Both the position numbers and the translations under genes were made by a program. The notes beneath the pieces are model-generated. The model was not told where the DNA came from and did no database searches. It saw only the letters and a list, made by a program, of their open reading frames with translations. Positions 11,216 to 24,896 of a DNA stretch of 64,000 nucleotides are shown here, piece by piece; the first letter of the stretch is position 1, and every line of letters begins with the position of its first letter. The stretch lies in NCBI GenBank assembly GCA_964234715.1, contig OZ174279.1. One strand, given 5' to 3'. The DNA comes from Podarcis melisellensis (lineage: Eukaryota).

Positions 11216-11565
11216 GGGACGCGGGTGGCGCTGTGGGTTAAACCACTGAGCCTAGGCTTGCCGATCAGAAGGTCGGTGGTTCAAATCCCCGCAACGGGGT
11301 GAGCTCCTGTTGCTCTGTCCCTGCTCCTGCCAACCTAGCAGTTCGAAGCACCTCAGAGTGCAAGTAGATAAATAGGTACCGCTCCGGCGGGAAGGTAAAC
11401 TGCATTTCCGTGCGCTGCTCTGATTCGCCAGAAGCAGCTTTGTCATGCTGGCCACATGACCCAGAAGGTGTAAGCCGGCTCCCTCGGCCAATAAAGCGAG
11501 ATTAGTGCTGCAACCCCAGAGTCGTCTGCGACTGGACTGGTCAGGGGTCCCGTTACCTTTACCTT
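11216..11565 (+). mobile_element. Sauria SINE, full length
   Basis: Head gggacgcgggtggcgctgtgggttaaacc; B-box-like ggttcaaatcc; (ACCTTT)n tail; flanking direct repeat TATGCA(GGGA) at 11210 and 11566. Confidence 0.93.
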
Positions 11566-12053
11566 TATGCAGGGAACATATATGGGATTGGGAGTGGAAT
11601 TCATTTGGTCCACTTTTCACGGCGGGCTGACGCAAACTGATACCCTGGTAGATGTGATACCCAGTTCTCTGCATTTTTGGTGTTCTGCACCATTTATATA
11701 AAAGATGCCCATGAATGTGCTTTTACTGGAGAATGAATTAAAAAGTGTGCATTTGTACATGACACAGACAATGGAATGGAACAGAACAACTCATGACTGA
11801 GTGCTAGTGAGACCTAAACAGGATGGTTTCGGTGGCTCAACCGAGCCAAGCATATATCACCTCCCCCCCCCCATGCAACCCCTTCCCCTCATTAATATAA
11901 GTGAGACCCACACCAGCCCTCCTGACTCTTCTAATGTAAGTTTGGTAGCAGATTAATCAACAAATTCCCTATTTTTTGTTACAAGTATCAGCAGATTAAT
12001 TTAGGTATTGATTAATGTTTCCTGTGGGGTGGATGCTGCCACAGACTCCCAAC

Positions 12054-12241
12054 CAGGGGTGCCAACTTGAATAAAATATTGGAGGAGGCAGGTAAGCCCA
12101 GCCCCATATAATCAATCACAAGATGCAGTGCACACACGCCATTTGAATGGCAATGACATAAACTTTGCAGTGGTGATGTGGGGCTCAAATGTTTTATTGG
12201 GAAGGCAAAGGGACCTCGGCCTTTAGGAGGTGGCTCCTATA
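12054..12241. mobile_element. hAT-like MITE
   Basis: CAGGGGTGCCAACTT...AGGTGGCTCCTAT termini with an imperfect 8-bp flanking repeat. Confidence 0.55.
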
Positions 12242-12326
12242 CTTCCAAAATTGTTGTATCCTTAAATATATCTCCAAGAATATAATGAAAGTGAATTATA
12301 ATAATAATCACAATGATAATTTATAA

Positions 12327-12546
12327 TTTATACCTCATCCATCTAGCTGGGTTTCCCCAGCCCCTCTGGGCGTCTCCCAACAGAAAATTAAAAGCACAAT
12401 AAAACGTCAAACGTTTAAAACTTCCCTAAACAGGGCTGCCTTCAGGTGTCTTCTAAAAGTTAGGTAGTTGTTTATTTCCTTGACATCTGATGGGAGGACG
12501 TTCCACAGGGCGGGCGCCACTACCGAGAAGGCCCTCTGCCTGGTTC
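12327..12546 (-). mobile_element. L2-type LINE 3' fragment
   Basis: Homologous to 5285-5495. Confidence 0.8.
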
Positions 12547-13120
12547 ATGCCACTTCTGCAGCTGAAACTATCCTGGGATAGATCCAGCACTGCTGTTCTA
12601 CTGGCATAGCAGACTTTGGCTTGCGCAACAGAACTTCCCTGTCTTCTCCTCCCTGCTGCAGTTTTCATGCAAAAGAAGAGCAGCTACTAAATTAAAAAGA
12701 AATTATTTCTTGCCACATACAATATATAACAAACAAAGAACATTTTTTCATACCCTTCACCTAGATGCAATCATCAAATTACCTATTCATATTACATATC
12801 TGTCATTACAAGACTTTCTTTCTGTCTCAAAACATTGAAAACCCAACTTTTGTTTGTGAGAGTAATAAGTTCTGTCTACTGCCCTCAATAAAAAGAGTTC
12901 CAATTGCCACAAAGGTATCTTCTTGTTCTCTTCCTCCCTTTTAGTTCTCAGATTATTAGTTTTTGCTATCAAGGGAGATATCCAAACTTTCCCCATCCAT
13001 TCACATTTTGCTGGTACAATGCAAAGACACAAATTTCTTGAACAGAATAGCCTCTTATTTCTTTATTGTTTAATGTATATAAGCAGCCCATCAGTATTTC
13101 CTGTGCAATATACAAATAAG

Positions 13121-13554
13121 TAGGGATGGGTGAATCAATTAATTAATTTTGGTTTCTTTCAGTTTCTTATTTCCCCCCTATATAAATCTGCTTCTCCACA
13201 CTTCCATATGAGTTTGCATTGCAGCAGGAACGAGTCTTTCAAGTGTGAAGTTTTCTTAATATGCATATTCTTGTCTACAATCTTCCCTATTAAACACAAT
13301 TTTGCAAATAATTTCCCCTAATACCATGCATTTTTGTATATCACTTTTAGTAATAAATGTGTTTGTATGCATAATTTACCCCAGAATAAGCGTTTTTGCA
13401 TACATGACTTGGTTGGAGAACTGCATTGTCAGATTCAGAGAAGTGTGAATATTAAAGGATGGCGGTGTCTCAGTTTGCAGATGGTCTTGGAAGCTGTGAA
13501 TTAGGTAGATTTGTCTTTAAATGTGAACTGAGTCAAATTTAGCTCCCAACCCTA
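13121..13554. mobile_element. Old non-autonomous DNA transposon; internally deleted, inverted relative at ~33870-34100
   Basis: Termini TAGGGATGGG...CCCAACCCTA; aaatgtgaactgagtcaaattt matches the reverse complement of aaatttgattcagttcacattt at ~33885. Confidence 0.55.
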
Positions 13555-13754
13555 CAAACAAGTCAATAGTAAAACACAATAAATAATAATTAAAACAAAA
13601 ATCTGTAAAGACAGGGCAGGGACTTTTTTGCCGCAGAGATAACATAAAACAGTTTATCTTTCTGAGGAGGGTATTTCATAGCTAAGGTGCCACTACCGAA
13701 AAGGTTCTCTATGTTGTAGTGTGGAATATGTGAGGGAATATGATGTTCTCCCCC

Positions 13755-14069
13755 CCCCATTATGTTTATTGAGTTTCTTACACATATAACACATCCTGTA
13801 AAACAAATGAAACAAAATTTAAAAAGAACAAGAAATAAATTAAAAAATACAGCAAATAACAACAAAAAATATAAACAATACGAATTGATTAATTAGTTAA
13901 ACTTCCAACATCATAAACATATTGCTTGACTTCCTCTAATCCTTCCCATCTGAATTTCCTTGTAATTGGATGTAGCAGTTTTCCAATATCATTATTCAAA
14001 ACCAATGTTCTAATTGTAATCAAATTTATTAACTTTTCTTAACATTATAGATCTCATTTATTTAATTAA
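13755..14069 (-). mobile_element. Retroposed AT-rich 3' fragment (L1-like) with a long TSD
   Basis: Flanked by AGGGAATA(T/C)GATGTTCTC(C/T)CCC at 13733-13754 and 14070-14091; TTTATT (reverse AATAAA) near the left end. Confidence 0.6.
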
Positions 14070-17000
14070 AGGGAATACGATGTTCTCTCCCAACATTCTG
14101 GCTTCTGAAAAACAATGTATGGATACTGTGACACTCTGATTCTTAGTTATGAAGATTATTGAACAAACCTGAGGAACGTACTATCCTTCAGCTGAATCTG
14201 CTTTGCAAGGCTTTTGGGGGTAAATATAAATGGTCAGTCTAGCATGTTTTAGGTTATTCATCATCTGAATACGACTCTTCTCCACTGCTGGGTTTGTAAT
14301 GCAGTGTTATATGCACTTGACCCTGAACTTGCACAAGCAGAGCAGACTTGCCACAGCTATGGAATATACCCAGAGAGTAATGTTGGCAGGTCTGGGTTTG
14401 CTTTCTCAGGTGTGTTCCAGTTATATGCATTACAACATCCAAATGGAGCGTAGCAGGGCTGTCTCGTTAAATATCTGTTGGGGTGAGGAATTTTGGATGA
14501 TATTATACCAGTGTGAACATTGTGCTGAAAATAATGGAGAAAACCAGACACGCACATTTTGTGAAGCTCTTAAAAATGCTGATCCGCTCTAGAACCAAAT
14601 TAATTAAGGCAAATTAATGTTTTTTTTGCCAGTGTTTTCCCAAGTCACTTATCTTTACTGTTTATTCACTTATCCCAATGGAACATGCTTCCAACTAAAT
14701 ACACCAAGTGTTACAACTGTAGAAGTCAACTGGACTATTAAGGTGTTTGAAGCTGGAGGTTTCCACCTTCTTGTAGTCACAAGGGTTAGATAGCAAAAGT
14801 GTATATTGAAGCAATATATGTAAATGCATTAAGGGAGCAATCCAAACCCAAGAGCCACTGGGATGAGTGGAGTTTGGAATAGGCAGGCTTCTGGCTGAGT
14901 CTTCTGCTGTTTTCCCTCTGCCAGACTTGGAAAGGTTCAGTTGGCAGTAGTCTGTCTCTACAGTAATGGAGTTTGGTGATAAGCTAAACCAGCATCGTTT
15001 ACCCTGGCATAAGTTTGCTGGTCTCCTCTGGTTTGGCATGCACTGAAGGGTCAAGCTTCAATAAGGAGGACAACAGTGGATGTTGACTGAGAGTGATTAA
15101 TGCTTTATTGAACACTAACACATTGCTGATCAGAGAGACCTCTACCTGTGTTCTCCTGCAGCTACATACCTATATCCTGGTATAATTGCCCTTGTTTCTT
15201 TGGCTCATTTGTTTATTCAGCCCATTTCCCTGCTTTGCTTCAAGTACATGTACTTGTTGACATGTATCTTTAAGGGAAATTAATCAAAATAATGTGTTGT
15301 TGTTTTCTTTTTAAACAAGCCTGATATTTTTGGACTATATCCAGATGTATTCAAGCCCATTGAATCACTGCTCATTCATCATAACTCCTGTGAAGAGCAT
15401 GAAGGTAGGGATAGTCAGTGCATGAAGGACAGAACAGGATCATGCCTGATTGTTTTGCTCACAGCCTCACACCTTGAGTGAACCTTCCGCACAGTTTACA
15501 TGCCTACAATCTGCGTTCACCTGTGTGTGTGTGTGAGTGTGCTCTCTCTCTCTTCTCTTTGTGCTGTTTCTACCCTGCAAAATGTTTGTATATTCATAGA
15601 CCTCATGTGAAAGCCCCAATCAATGTGCTGAGGTCTGTCTAGATCAGTTTGTAGTGTGGGTCTACTGGGTGTGATCCTTCTAGGCTGTAATTACAGTGGC
15701 TTTTCAGAAAGTGTGCTACTCTTTCGATTAAGGGTTTTCTATAAAGCCTATATTCAGAACCGACCTAATGATGAACAAAGCTGGAGCAGAGTATAATGAT
15801 GAAACCATTTTCCCGCCTTGGGTGTCTGCCTCTGTGTGGCATATGTAAAAATGAAATCCAGCCCAGAGTGAAGGGTGAGATAATGGACACAGTGCCATTT
15901 TGACTACTGTTGCTGCTGCTTCAGGTGAAAAAAAGGAGTCTCAATGCTGGCTCCACCTGCAAGAGTGCTGGAGACTTAGAAACTTCTCTGAATCACACTG
16001 TTATTATTCTTAACAAGCCAAAGCAGGAAATAATGAAGAACATATATTTTTGATTGATTTAGAGCTAAAAGGCTTGTGTGTGCTTCTCTTTTGTGTGATT
16101 GCTGTGACCAGTAACAGTTTCCCTACCCATTCCTAGGTACGTAGTTCTCAAATCTCCCTGGACTGTATACAACATTCTTTGACTGAGGGTGTGTTTCAGT
16201 GTTGCACAACAGAGAAATACAACACAACAGTTACAAGTAGACAAAACCCATCGTGTAGCAGACCATGCAATCTACTAGCAACCTGCTTCTGCATTTTTTT
16301 ACCCAGTAACGTTCTGCTGGTGCAAAACAATTCATACCTGCAGTATGTGAAGTATTTTCCATTCACTTGCCTTTATAGTTGTGCTTACTAGGCGATTCTT
16401 GTAGCCTCTCATTTATGGCATTGCATATGAGGCTGCCTTTGAAAACAGTCTGGAAATGGCAGTTAAAGCACAGAGTAGTGGCTGGGACTGAGCAGATTAT
16501 GTCAGTACTTTATCATGCGCAGTGGCTCCTCGTCGGTTCCTGAGCCCAGTTTTGACAGAGGATCCTTGAGTTTATCTTAACAAGAACAGGTATCAGAAAG
16601 CACAGATTAGACATAGATGGCAGCATGCTATTTGGCACAACTGTTTTGACCTATTCTCATTTTTGTAACAATTTGATTAGATTTCCAAATGTTATGCTTG
16701 CTTTTAACCTAAACAGCAGCAAGAGAGAGTTCATTTTCTCAAGTGCACTGTAACCCAGATAAAAAAAATCTCCCATTATTGTTGAGGTTTCCATTCACTT
16801 ATATCAGTGGTTGGATCAGGGCCTTGCTTGGAATAAAAAACAATGGAAACAGAATGAACAAATCCCTGGTGGTGGTGGAAATCTTTTAATGGTGTTGGTT
16901 TGGCCTGCTACAAAGCAAGCATTGGGAAGGAAAGGGTGGTATGTTGAAACTACAGTCGTACCTTGGATCTCAAAAGCTCCTGCAGCCAATCAGAAGCCAC

Positions 17001-18373
17001 ACTTCGGTTTCTGAACGTTTTGGAAGTCGAACGGACTTCTGGAACAGATTGTAGTGGCCTTGAAAGTGTCAGGAATACAGTTCCTATTAGCCCACTCAGA
17101 ACCACAAGAGACAACACTGAGCCTTTTTGGCCTACTATTTTGATGTGAATTAGAAACATAGAGCCTGTGGAAATAGCCCCATTCAGTACTTGGCTGACAG
17201 AGTGAGTGATGATCCTTTCCCTCTCCATGCAGTTGGAGCTGGAATCTTGGCATACAGGGCACTTGGTGTTTTGCTTTCCAAGCCAGCTGGCAGTCCTGAG
17301 TTAGACGGCTCTCAATTCTGGGGGGGGCCCCACAGAATTGCCTTATTGCTGCTCTCTACAGAAAAGATGGGATTCTTCAGATTTTGCTTGTTGATAAATG
17401 TGCACTTACTCCCCCTTTTTATAAGCTGTTGAGAGTTTTATAGAAAAAAGAATAACTGTCGTCCTCGGTCACATTTGTTTTCCGCGCCCCCCAATTCTCA
17501 GACAGATTTCAAAAGTATCTGGATATTGTGCATTGACAAAATAAACAGAGCGCAGAGAGGGAGGCCTTATTAAGTTCAGAGCCTTCTTTTGTTATTACTT
17601 TTCCTCTTAGAGTTTGGGAACGGGTCAGTGATGGACCACCTAACCAATTCAGCTGGAAATCATGAAATGGTTCATGACCTCCTGGAACAAGCTTATTACT
17701 TTCCTTACTGCCAGTTGAACTCTATAATCAAAGGGTCAAGCAGTGTGTCTCCAGAGACTTTCATCTGCTTGCTGCTCTGTTAATGAAAAGGTTCCCAGAA
17801 GTCTTTAGAAAGCCTTGCATCTCCGCAAGATCATATTCCTCTATTGCTATATCTTGATGGGACCGGGGGGGGGGGGGGAGAGAGAGAGAATAAAATAATT
17901 CCTTTTTCAAACTCAACCTATGCCTTTCCCCTTTCCTAATAGCTTGCAACCCACTTGAGACATGTAAATGAAATACTTTGCCCCAAAGTTACTGCCAACT
18001 GGAGAATGTCACTCTGCCAGAAAATAATATGAATATGTAATGCAGATTCATGACAGAGGCCGGCTTGGCACGAATTAGGCAGTCCTATGGCACTGCATTG
18101 GAGAAGCATCCTTCATCCCTGTTGCTCCTTTACCCACATGCAACTGTAACGAAACATAGCCCTTTGCATCCATCGTTATTGCCATTCTGTGAAGTGGGCA
18201 GCGGAGAGCAGTTTGTAGTGCATCTGGAAAACCCAATGATCTCTCTCCTAGCTCAAATGTGTGTGATCTGCAATCTGTTTTCAGCTGCAACATTCTGCCA
18301 ACATTAAATGCCCCCTGCACAACAGTGGCATCTGTTCCACACTGCTATTAATATCTGGCAGCATGTGTAGTTG

Positions 18374-18438
<65 letters not shown>

Positions 18439-18445
18439 TTTCTTT
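18374..18445. repeat. (TTTC)n microsatellite
   Basis: Direct reading. Confidence 0.95.
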
Positions 18446-19473
18446 CCCTTTATCCACAGCTTTTAGTTGCCTGAACGTAGCACAAGCAAATTTTTGGCAT
18501 CTGGGATTTTTTGCTTTGGGTACTTGGAGTATTTCCCATCATGATATTTCTTCACGATGGAGTGAATGTGTTGTAGTTCATTCATGTGTTGCCTGTGTCT
18601 TTTGCCCACAAATGGCTGAGTCAAATCAATCTCCTCTCCTGTTTTCTGAAGACGCAGTTAAAACTGTACTTGCTCATATCCAGAAATGGCTCAATAAAGC
18701 TTGGATACTGTGTTGGTGAAATCCTGCCATCACTTATACCTTATTAAATCTTACTGATTTCAAAGAGATCTGTGCATTAACTACTGGATATGGGATTACA
18801 GTAAATATGCATCGTGGGAGGGAGGGGTATCCAATTATGATAAACCGCCTTTACTCAAAAAATGCCACCTTGATCAATTTACAATGCCATCTTGATTGAT
18901 TGAGATTGTGTTTACATGGATGCATTAATATATTGCATATTTTGTATTTTATTCTCAAGGGTTCACCGTCTGGAGAACTCTTGCTGAAGGGTGGTCTCCA
19001 AATATAATAAATAATAATAAATATAGGTTCATTTATTCATTCAAACTTCCACTTATCAGGATTCCCATTCAAAATCAAGGGGAAATGGTTCTCTAGGAAA
19101 GCAGGAAGATTTGCAAAATGTCATTTTTTCCAATTTGTTCTCTATACAAAGTACAGCATGCCATGTGCAATATTGAAATGTGCTCGTATCTCCATTCTCA
19201 GTCTGTCTAGAAGAGGGATGAACATTCATTAGCATGGAGAATTTGTTATCCTTAAGTCTCTTGGAGTGTGCAATTATATGTCATTTTAAATAAATGTTTA
19301 GATTTTTTTAAAGTCTGAAATCTGCAATATGCATTATGCATGTAAGTTTTAATACACAGGAAATTGTTGGGAGAGTTGCTAACATACTCATGGGAAAACA
19401 GGCATTGTTGTAGGGAAAATCCTGAAGATCTTTCATATTAGTGGTTTAGAAGCTGTTTGTATCTACAAAACTA

Positions 19474-19510
19474 TATCTATCTATCATCTATCTATCATCT
19501 ATCATCTATC

Positions 19511-19559
<49 letters not shown>
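19474..19559. repeat. (TATC)n microsatellite, interrupted
   Basis: Direct reading. Confidence 0.95.
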
Positions 19560-19678
19560 GACTTACTTCAAGACAAGTGGGCATAGGGTTAGATCCTGAG
19601 TGTAAGATGCTATGTCCACTTACGTGAGAGTAAGTCCCATTGAACTCAGAGACTTACTTACGCCATTTGTTTGACATA

Positions 19679-19929
19679 CAGTGTTACCTTGGTTTAAAAA
19701 CAGCTTAGTTTATGAACAACTTGGATTAAGAACGCTGCAAACCCGGAAGTAGGTGTTTTGGTTCGTGAACTTTGCCTTGGAAGCAGAACATGTTCCGCTT
19801 CCTGTTGAGTGTGTTCCATTTGTAAATTGAGTCCCCTGTTGCTATGCGAAAGCACACCTTGGTTTAAGAATGCGCTGGTTTAAGAACGGAGTTCGGAATA
19901 GATTAAGTTCATAAACCAAGGTACCACTG
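19679..19929. mobile_element. Tc1/mariner-type MITE, related family
   Basis: TA|CAGTGTTACCTTGGTTTA...TAAACCAAGGTACCACTG|TA. Confidence 0.85.
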
Positions 19930-20629
19930 TACTGTGTGCTTCATATTTACTATGAGTACAGAAAAACCCTGTAAAATTTGCACATAGTAAAAGTCATGGT
20001 CATTTCACTCCCAGTTCTAGTGTCACCCATATATGTAAGAAGAAAATGTAATAAACATAGCTCACTTTTATTTATGCCAGTGCCCCACCATATGTAGAGC
20101 ACAGAAGCATAGGCCTTATGGTCATGCGATCAGTCCCTGCCAATAAAGGCATGGACATATTTGCATGGGCAGAGTCTTTGCTTGTGTGAACCTCCATGTC
20201 ATGCACTCTTATGAGTTGTGTCCCTTTGTTGGGTTAGGGGCTTTTCAGAGGGAGAAGAAAAGTATCTAATGCTTCACAGGGTTATGTTTCTTGTAGTAAG
20301 ATGGTCAGGATGCAACATTTGACTGTTGTGGAACAAGACTAGTAAGAGAGGCAGTTTCATTCAGGGACTGATGACACTGATGGAAACAAGGAACTAGGGG
20401 GGAAATGTTGAGTCAGCAAACAGAACGATAGAACATAAAGGCAAAGTAAGGAGTTGTGCATTCAACTAACCTTTACTTAGACCTTTTGAAATTAATTTCC
20501 ACAGTCACAGATTAATGCTGAAATGGAATGATGTAAAAGTAACATGGACCACAAGATGACTGTTTTCCCCATCCCAACCTCACACATTCATGTACAGGCA
20601 CCATTAATAAAGCAGACCAGTGTTGTATT

Positions 20630-21408
20630 TTGAGATCAGAACCTAAGAACAGCCTGCTGGATCAGCCTGGAGTTCAGCGTCCTGTGCCCATAGGAAGCTT
20701 GCAAGTGGGACCTGAGCTCAAGAGCTCTCTCCTGTCCTTCAGTTCAATAGCCTTATCCTCCATGAATTTGTCTAATCCTAAAGCCATCCAAGCTTGGTGA
20801 CCATCACTGCCTCCTGTTGAGAGCAAGTTCCATAGTTTAACCTTACACTATGTAAGACTGGCTTTATTTTATCTGTTCAATGAATTCAGCTCCATGGGAT
20901 ATCCATGTGTTCTAGTGTTATGAAGGATGGAGAAAACTTATCTCCATCCACTTTCTCCATGTCATGCATTCTTTTATACACTTCTATCAGGTCACCTGGG
21001 ATGAGGGTGGTGCTGTGGGTTAAACCACATAGCCTAGGACTTGCCAATCAGAAGGTTGGCAGTTCGAATCCCTGCGATGGGGTGAGCTCCCGCTGCTCAG
21101 TCCCTGCTCCTGCCAACCTAGCAGTTCGAAAGCACGTCAAAATGCAAGTAGATAAATAGGTAGGAAAGTAAACTGTGTTTTCGTGAGCTGCTCTGACTTC
21201 TCCAGAAGCAGCTTAGTCATGCTGGCCAAATGACCTGGAAGCTGTATGCCGGCTCCCTCGGCCAATAAAGCGAGATGAGCGCTGCAACCCCAGAGTCGGC
21301 CACGACTGGACCTAATGGTCAGGGCTCCCTTTACCTTTACCTATCAGGTCACCTCTTACTTGACTTCTCTCTAAACTAAAATACCCCAAATGCTGCAACC
21401 TTTCCACA
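20630..21408 (-). mobile_element. CR1 LINE 3' fragment, host of the Sauria SINE at 20998
   Basis: agaacctaagaacagcctgctggatcag 3' end; ccatgaatttgtctaatcc; ctctaaactaaaatacccc. Confidence 0.7.
20998..21340 (+). mobile_element. Sauria SINE inserted into a CR1 fragment
   Basis: Head, body and ACCTTT tail; 14-bp TSD CTATCAGGTCACCT at 20984-20997 and 21341-21354. Confidence 0.93.
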
Positions 21409-21498
21409 TCATGTAGACGTTGCACACATGAGGACTACAATTTTTTTTAGCAATGTGCACATTAGAGTTAAGCACGCACACACTCTTTTATGAAATGG

Positions 21499-21500
21499 TT

Positions 21501-21559
<59 letters not shown>
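21499..21559. repeat. (TTTC)n microsatellite
   Basis: Direct reading. Confidence 0.95.
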
Positions 21560-23785
21560 GAAACTGCATGTGAATACCCAGTTTCCTGTATACTGTTAAA
21601 CACTGGAACGCAGCATGCTGTCATCATGTATTCTAAAGTAACTTCTTGTAAAAAGTTGTGTGTGTCCCGAAAGATCCAGATTTCTTGGTGGTTAATGAGG
21701 GATCGAGGTACATTAGCATCACTGACACCTTGCCATGCTGACATTTATGGCAGCCTATGCTAGCTGGTGAAGAATTGTCATAGTAACATACAGCAAATGA
21801 GGCAATTGTTTTGTAGCGTATCCCAGTGATGATGCCATATTTATAATCTCATTGTTTTTACATGTTGTATTATAGCAAGAGCAGCATTAATGTTTTAACT
21901 CCCTTAACATGCTAAAACCCAGCGCTGCCAACTTGAAATTCCTTGCTGAGCTTTTTGGCAGCATTTCTGAAATGTTCTTAAAAGTGCATTGTTGCAGTTA
22001 GACTGTGCTCTCTACAGTCTCAATGTTAAAATTGTCTGAAGGTTCACTCACAGGGAGGTATGTTTATATGAATGGATGCCAGTAGATGCTGGGAACCAAA
22101 GCAAGGTTTGATAATACAGCAACCCATTTTAACTTCAGGCATGTTTTCTATAGTGGCCCATCATTCTTTGGGCACACAATGCAATGTGGAACATTTACCC
22201 ATACATCTGTATGTGTCTATGATGCTTCCGCAGAGGGAAGGGTTTTGAGAAATGAGTGTTTTACATTTTCTCTGGTTTTAAATTGTTTTTATATGTTTTT
22301 TGGGGGGGAGGGGTCAAATAGCTTTGATGGGGTTTTTATTTACTGTAAAAGAGACTGATAAATACAGTAGATAGCTAAATGTATAGCATCCTGCTGGATA
22401 TCCTGTACTCATACTGAGACAAGTGTTTGGTGTGCACAGAACCAATGAATTATTTTTTTATTTCTATTTATGGTGCCCTTCAGAATATTTACCCCACCAC
22501 CATTTACAATGTAACTGAAAACAAAACAATAACAATCGACGCAGTAAACCAATTAAAAATTATAAGCAACAGCATTTGGCATGGTATTTTGTTTTGTTTT
22601 TAAATGCAGTTGAAGCAGCAAAGTAAGAACTTTCCTTCTATTGTTTTAAGACATAGGATTCTTTTCTCCCAATACTATTTCAAAGTAAGAAATCATTAAA
22701 ATTCCTAAGGGGATATTAAAGAAGTTCTTAATTTGATGGCTAAAAGATGATGAAGTGGATGCCAGCCAAGCCCCCTTTGCGAAAGAGTGGGGTCAAATTC
22801 ACTCATTTGTCCCCACCAACATAGGGAACAATCCTAAGGTTAGATCTTCTGGAATGAGTGGGTTTAAGATCCAGCAGATCTGTTAATCAGGCTGCTCCAT
22901 TATATTTTTGCCAGGCTGCCCCTTCTGTTTCATCACATTCCTGTTTCCCTTATGCACTGCTAGCTTCCTAGTGGTGTGCACCAGTCACAGGCTTCACATT
23001 GTATCTGTAGCGTTACAAAACAACTTGAGCTGTTTGGGATCCACTGTCTTTCTGATTGGGCTTGTTATTCAGGACCGCATTATATCTCTTAAGTCCAAAG
23101 GCCTGTTTCTTGCCTCCTATTGACTATAGCGGGAAATCAGAAAACAGAAATGGATGAAATTTGAAGGCAACAGAGCTCTTCTGGGACCAGCCAAACTGTA
23201 GGATTTATTTGGTGCAGGGAACCTTGACACATTTTTCTAACTTCTAAATTTTTTCACTGAATTGGATACAATTTCCAGGTTGAATTGGTTGGCCCCTCTG
23301 AAGGGGGGTGCTATTTTTCTAGAAAAAGAGCTGCTGGAACTCACCATGAACACCTCCCTCAGTCTCGTAGAATGGCAATGACGTCCAGATGAGAGGTGCT
23401 AGAACTGAACTCCAGTGAGTTCCAGCTGAATCCCCTTCGGTGAAAATTTGCCCTGTTGTTCCTCTATCTTTAAATACATTTGTTTTTCACTCCTCCATCA
23501 ATGTCCAAAACCCAAATCAGCTGAAAATACTGTCCTACCTCTAAGAATTTTATGCACAGCAGGGTCATCTGGATGCATGGAAATATCATTTCCTGAACCT
23601 TCAAATTCAGTCTACATTCGCAATCCCTCTAGAAGAGAAGTTTCTGCCTGTTGCAGACGTTATATACTAACACAGCCTTTGCCAACTTGGTGCCCTAAAG
23701 ATGTTTTTACAACTTCCATCAGCCCCGGCCTGCACGTGGAACCACAGCCAGTTAGCAAACGCTGCACTAACACCACTTTTTTCCT

Positions 23786-23788
<3 letters not shown>

Positions 23789-23840
<52 letters not shown>
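23789..23840. repeat. (CT)n microsatellite
   Basis: Direct reading. Confidence 0.95.
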
Positions 23841-23844
<4 letters not shown>

Positions 23845-24674
23845 ATAGAAGAAACCTTGCATGCCATAGATTGAGCCACATCTGGACTCCAGCCTTTTTT
23901 CTGCTCCTACAAATTTGCTTTACTCTAAGCTGCTCACTTTTACAAGAATAAACACTGCTATCCAATTACGGTATATGAAATAATATACAATTATGCTGAA
24001 ACACAGTATAGAGAATAATAAACAGAATCAGTTATTTGTTTATATAACCTACCATAGCCAGCATATGTAGCTGCAGAAACACTGGAAGATAAAAGTAGAA
24101 TAGGAACAAAGAATTTTTTAAACCACCAGTATATGTTCAATTTAGTAACTAAATTCAGGTTGCCCCCAAATGCACACTGAAAGCTCAGTGTTTTCTCCAT
24201 AACATGCTCGTTTTCCATCTGCTGAGAGTTTTCTGAAATGCGGGGCAGCCAGTCATTTGTGAGGCTATTCCATGTGGTTTGGTTTTTAAACACATAGAGT
24301 ACTTCTAAGTTGATGGCCTGGTTCAGGTAATTGTTTGAGGATTCATAAGCCACTGTTTAAAACAACAGGAATGGGCGTCAGGACTAGGAACAGAGAGGGA
24401 TTTAGGGAAGCATGAATTGTTTGGTTGCACTGGGCATGGAGTCTCAGGGGCGTTGTAGGGGGCACAACAACTATGATGTAGAATGGAAGAGGTAGGGGGC
24501 AGTGAATTTTGGCGTCGCAGATGGTATTGCTGAAATTTGAGACCCCCAAGGTCCACCACTTGTGATTCGAGGACCCTCCCCCCACGCTTGTGGACAAGAA
24601 AGACACATGGACACAGTCAAAACAAAAAAAATTCCTTCCAGTAGCACCTTAAAGACCAACTAAGTCAGTTCTTG

Positions 24675-24712
24675 GTATGAGCTTTCGTGTGCATGCACAC
24701 TTCTTCAGATAC
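24675..24712 (-). ncRNA. Second identical minimal hammerhead ribozyme on the minus strand
   Basis: gtatgagctttcgtgtgcatgcacacttcttcagatac is the exact reverse complement of 24859-24896. Confidence 0.85.
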
Positions 24713-24858
24713 ACTGAAACAGAAGTTTCGGTTCCAGTTACAGATAGGTAGCCGTGTTGGTCTGCCATAGTCAAAACAAAAAAAATTCCTTCCAGTAGCA
24801 CCTTAAAGACCAACTAAGTCAGTTCTTGGTATGAGCTTTCGTGTGTATCTGTTTCAGT

Positions 24859-24896
24859 GTATCTGAAGAAGTGTGCATGCACACGAAAGCTCATAC
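24859..24896 (+). ncRNA. Minimal type I hammerhead ribozyme (PLE-associated)
   Basis: Stem I GUAU (24859-62)/AUAC (24893-96); core CUGAAGA (24863-69); stem II palindrome GUGUGCAUGCACAC (24871-84); GAAA (24885-88); vestigial palindromic stem III (AGCU); predicted cleavage after C24892. Confidence 0.85.

Noticed and set aside
16179-16391. QCCTTEK resembling the glypican exon 2 TCCT motif
   Set aside because: No following MEE motif and no suitable splice sites.
23448-23965. ORFs with poly-LS and poly-ER runs
   Set aside because: Artefacts of the (CT)n microsatellite.
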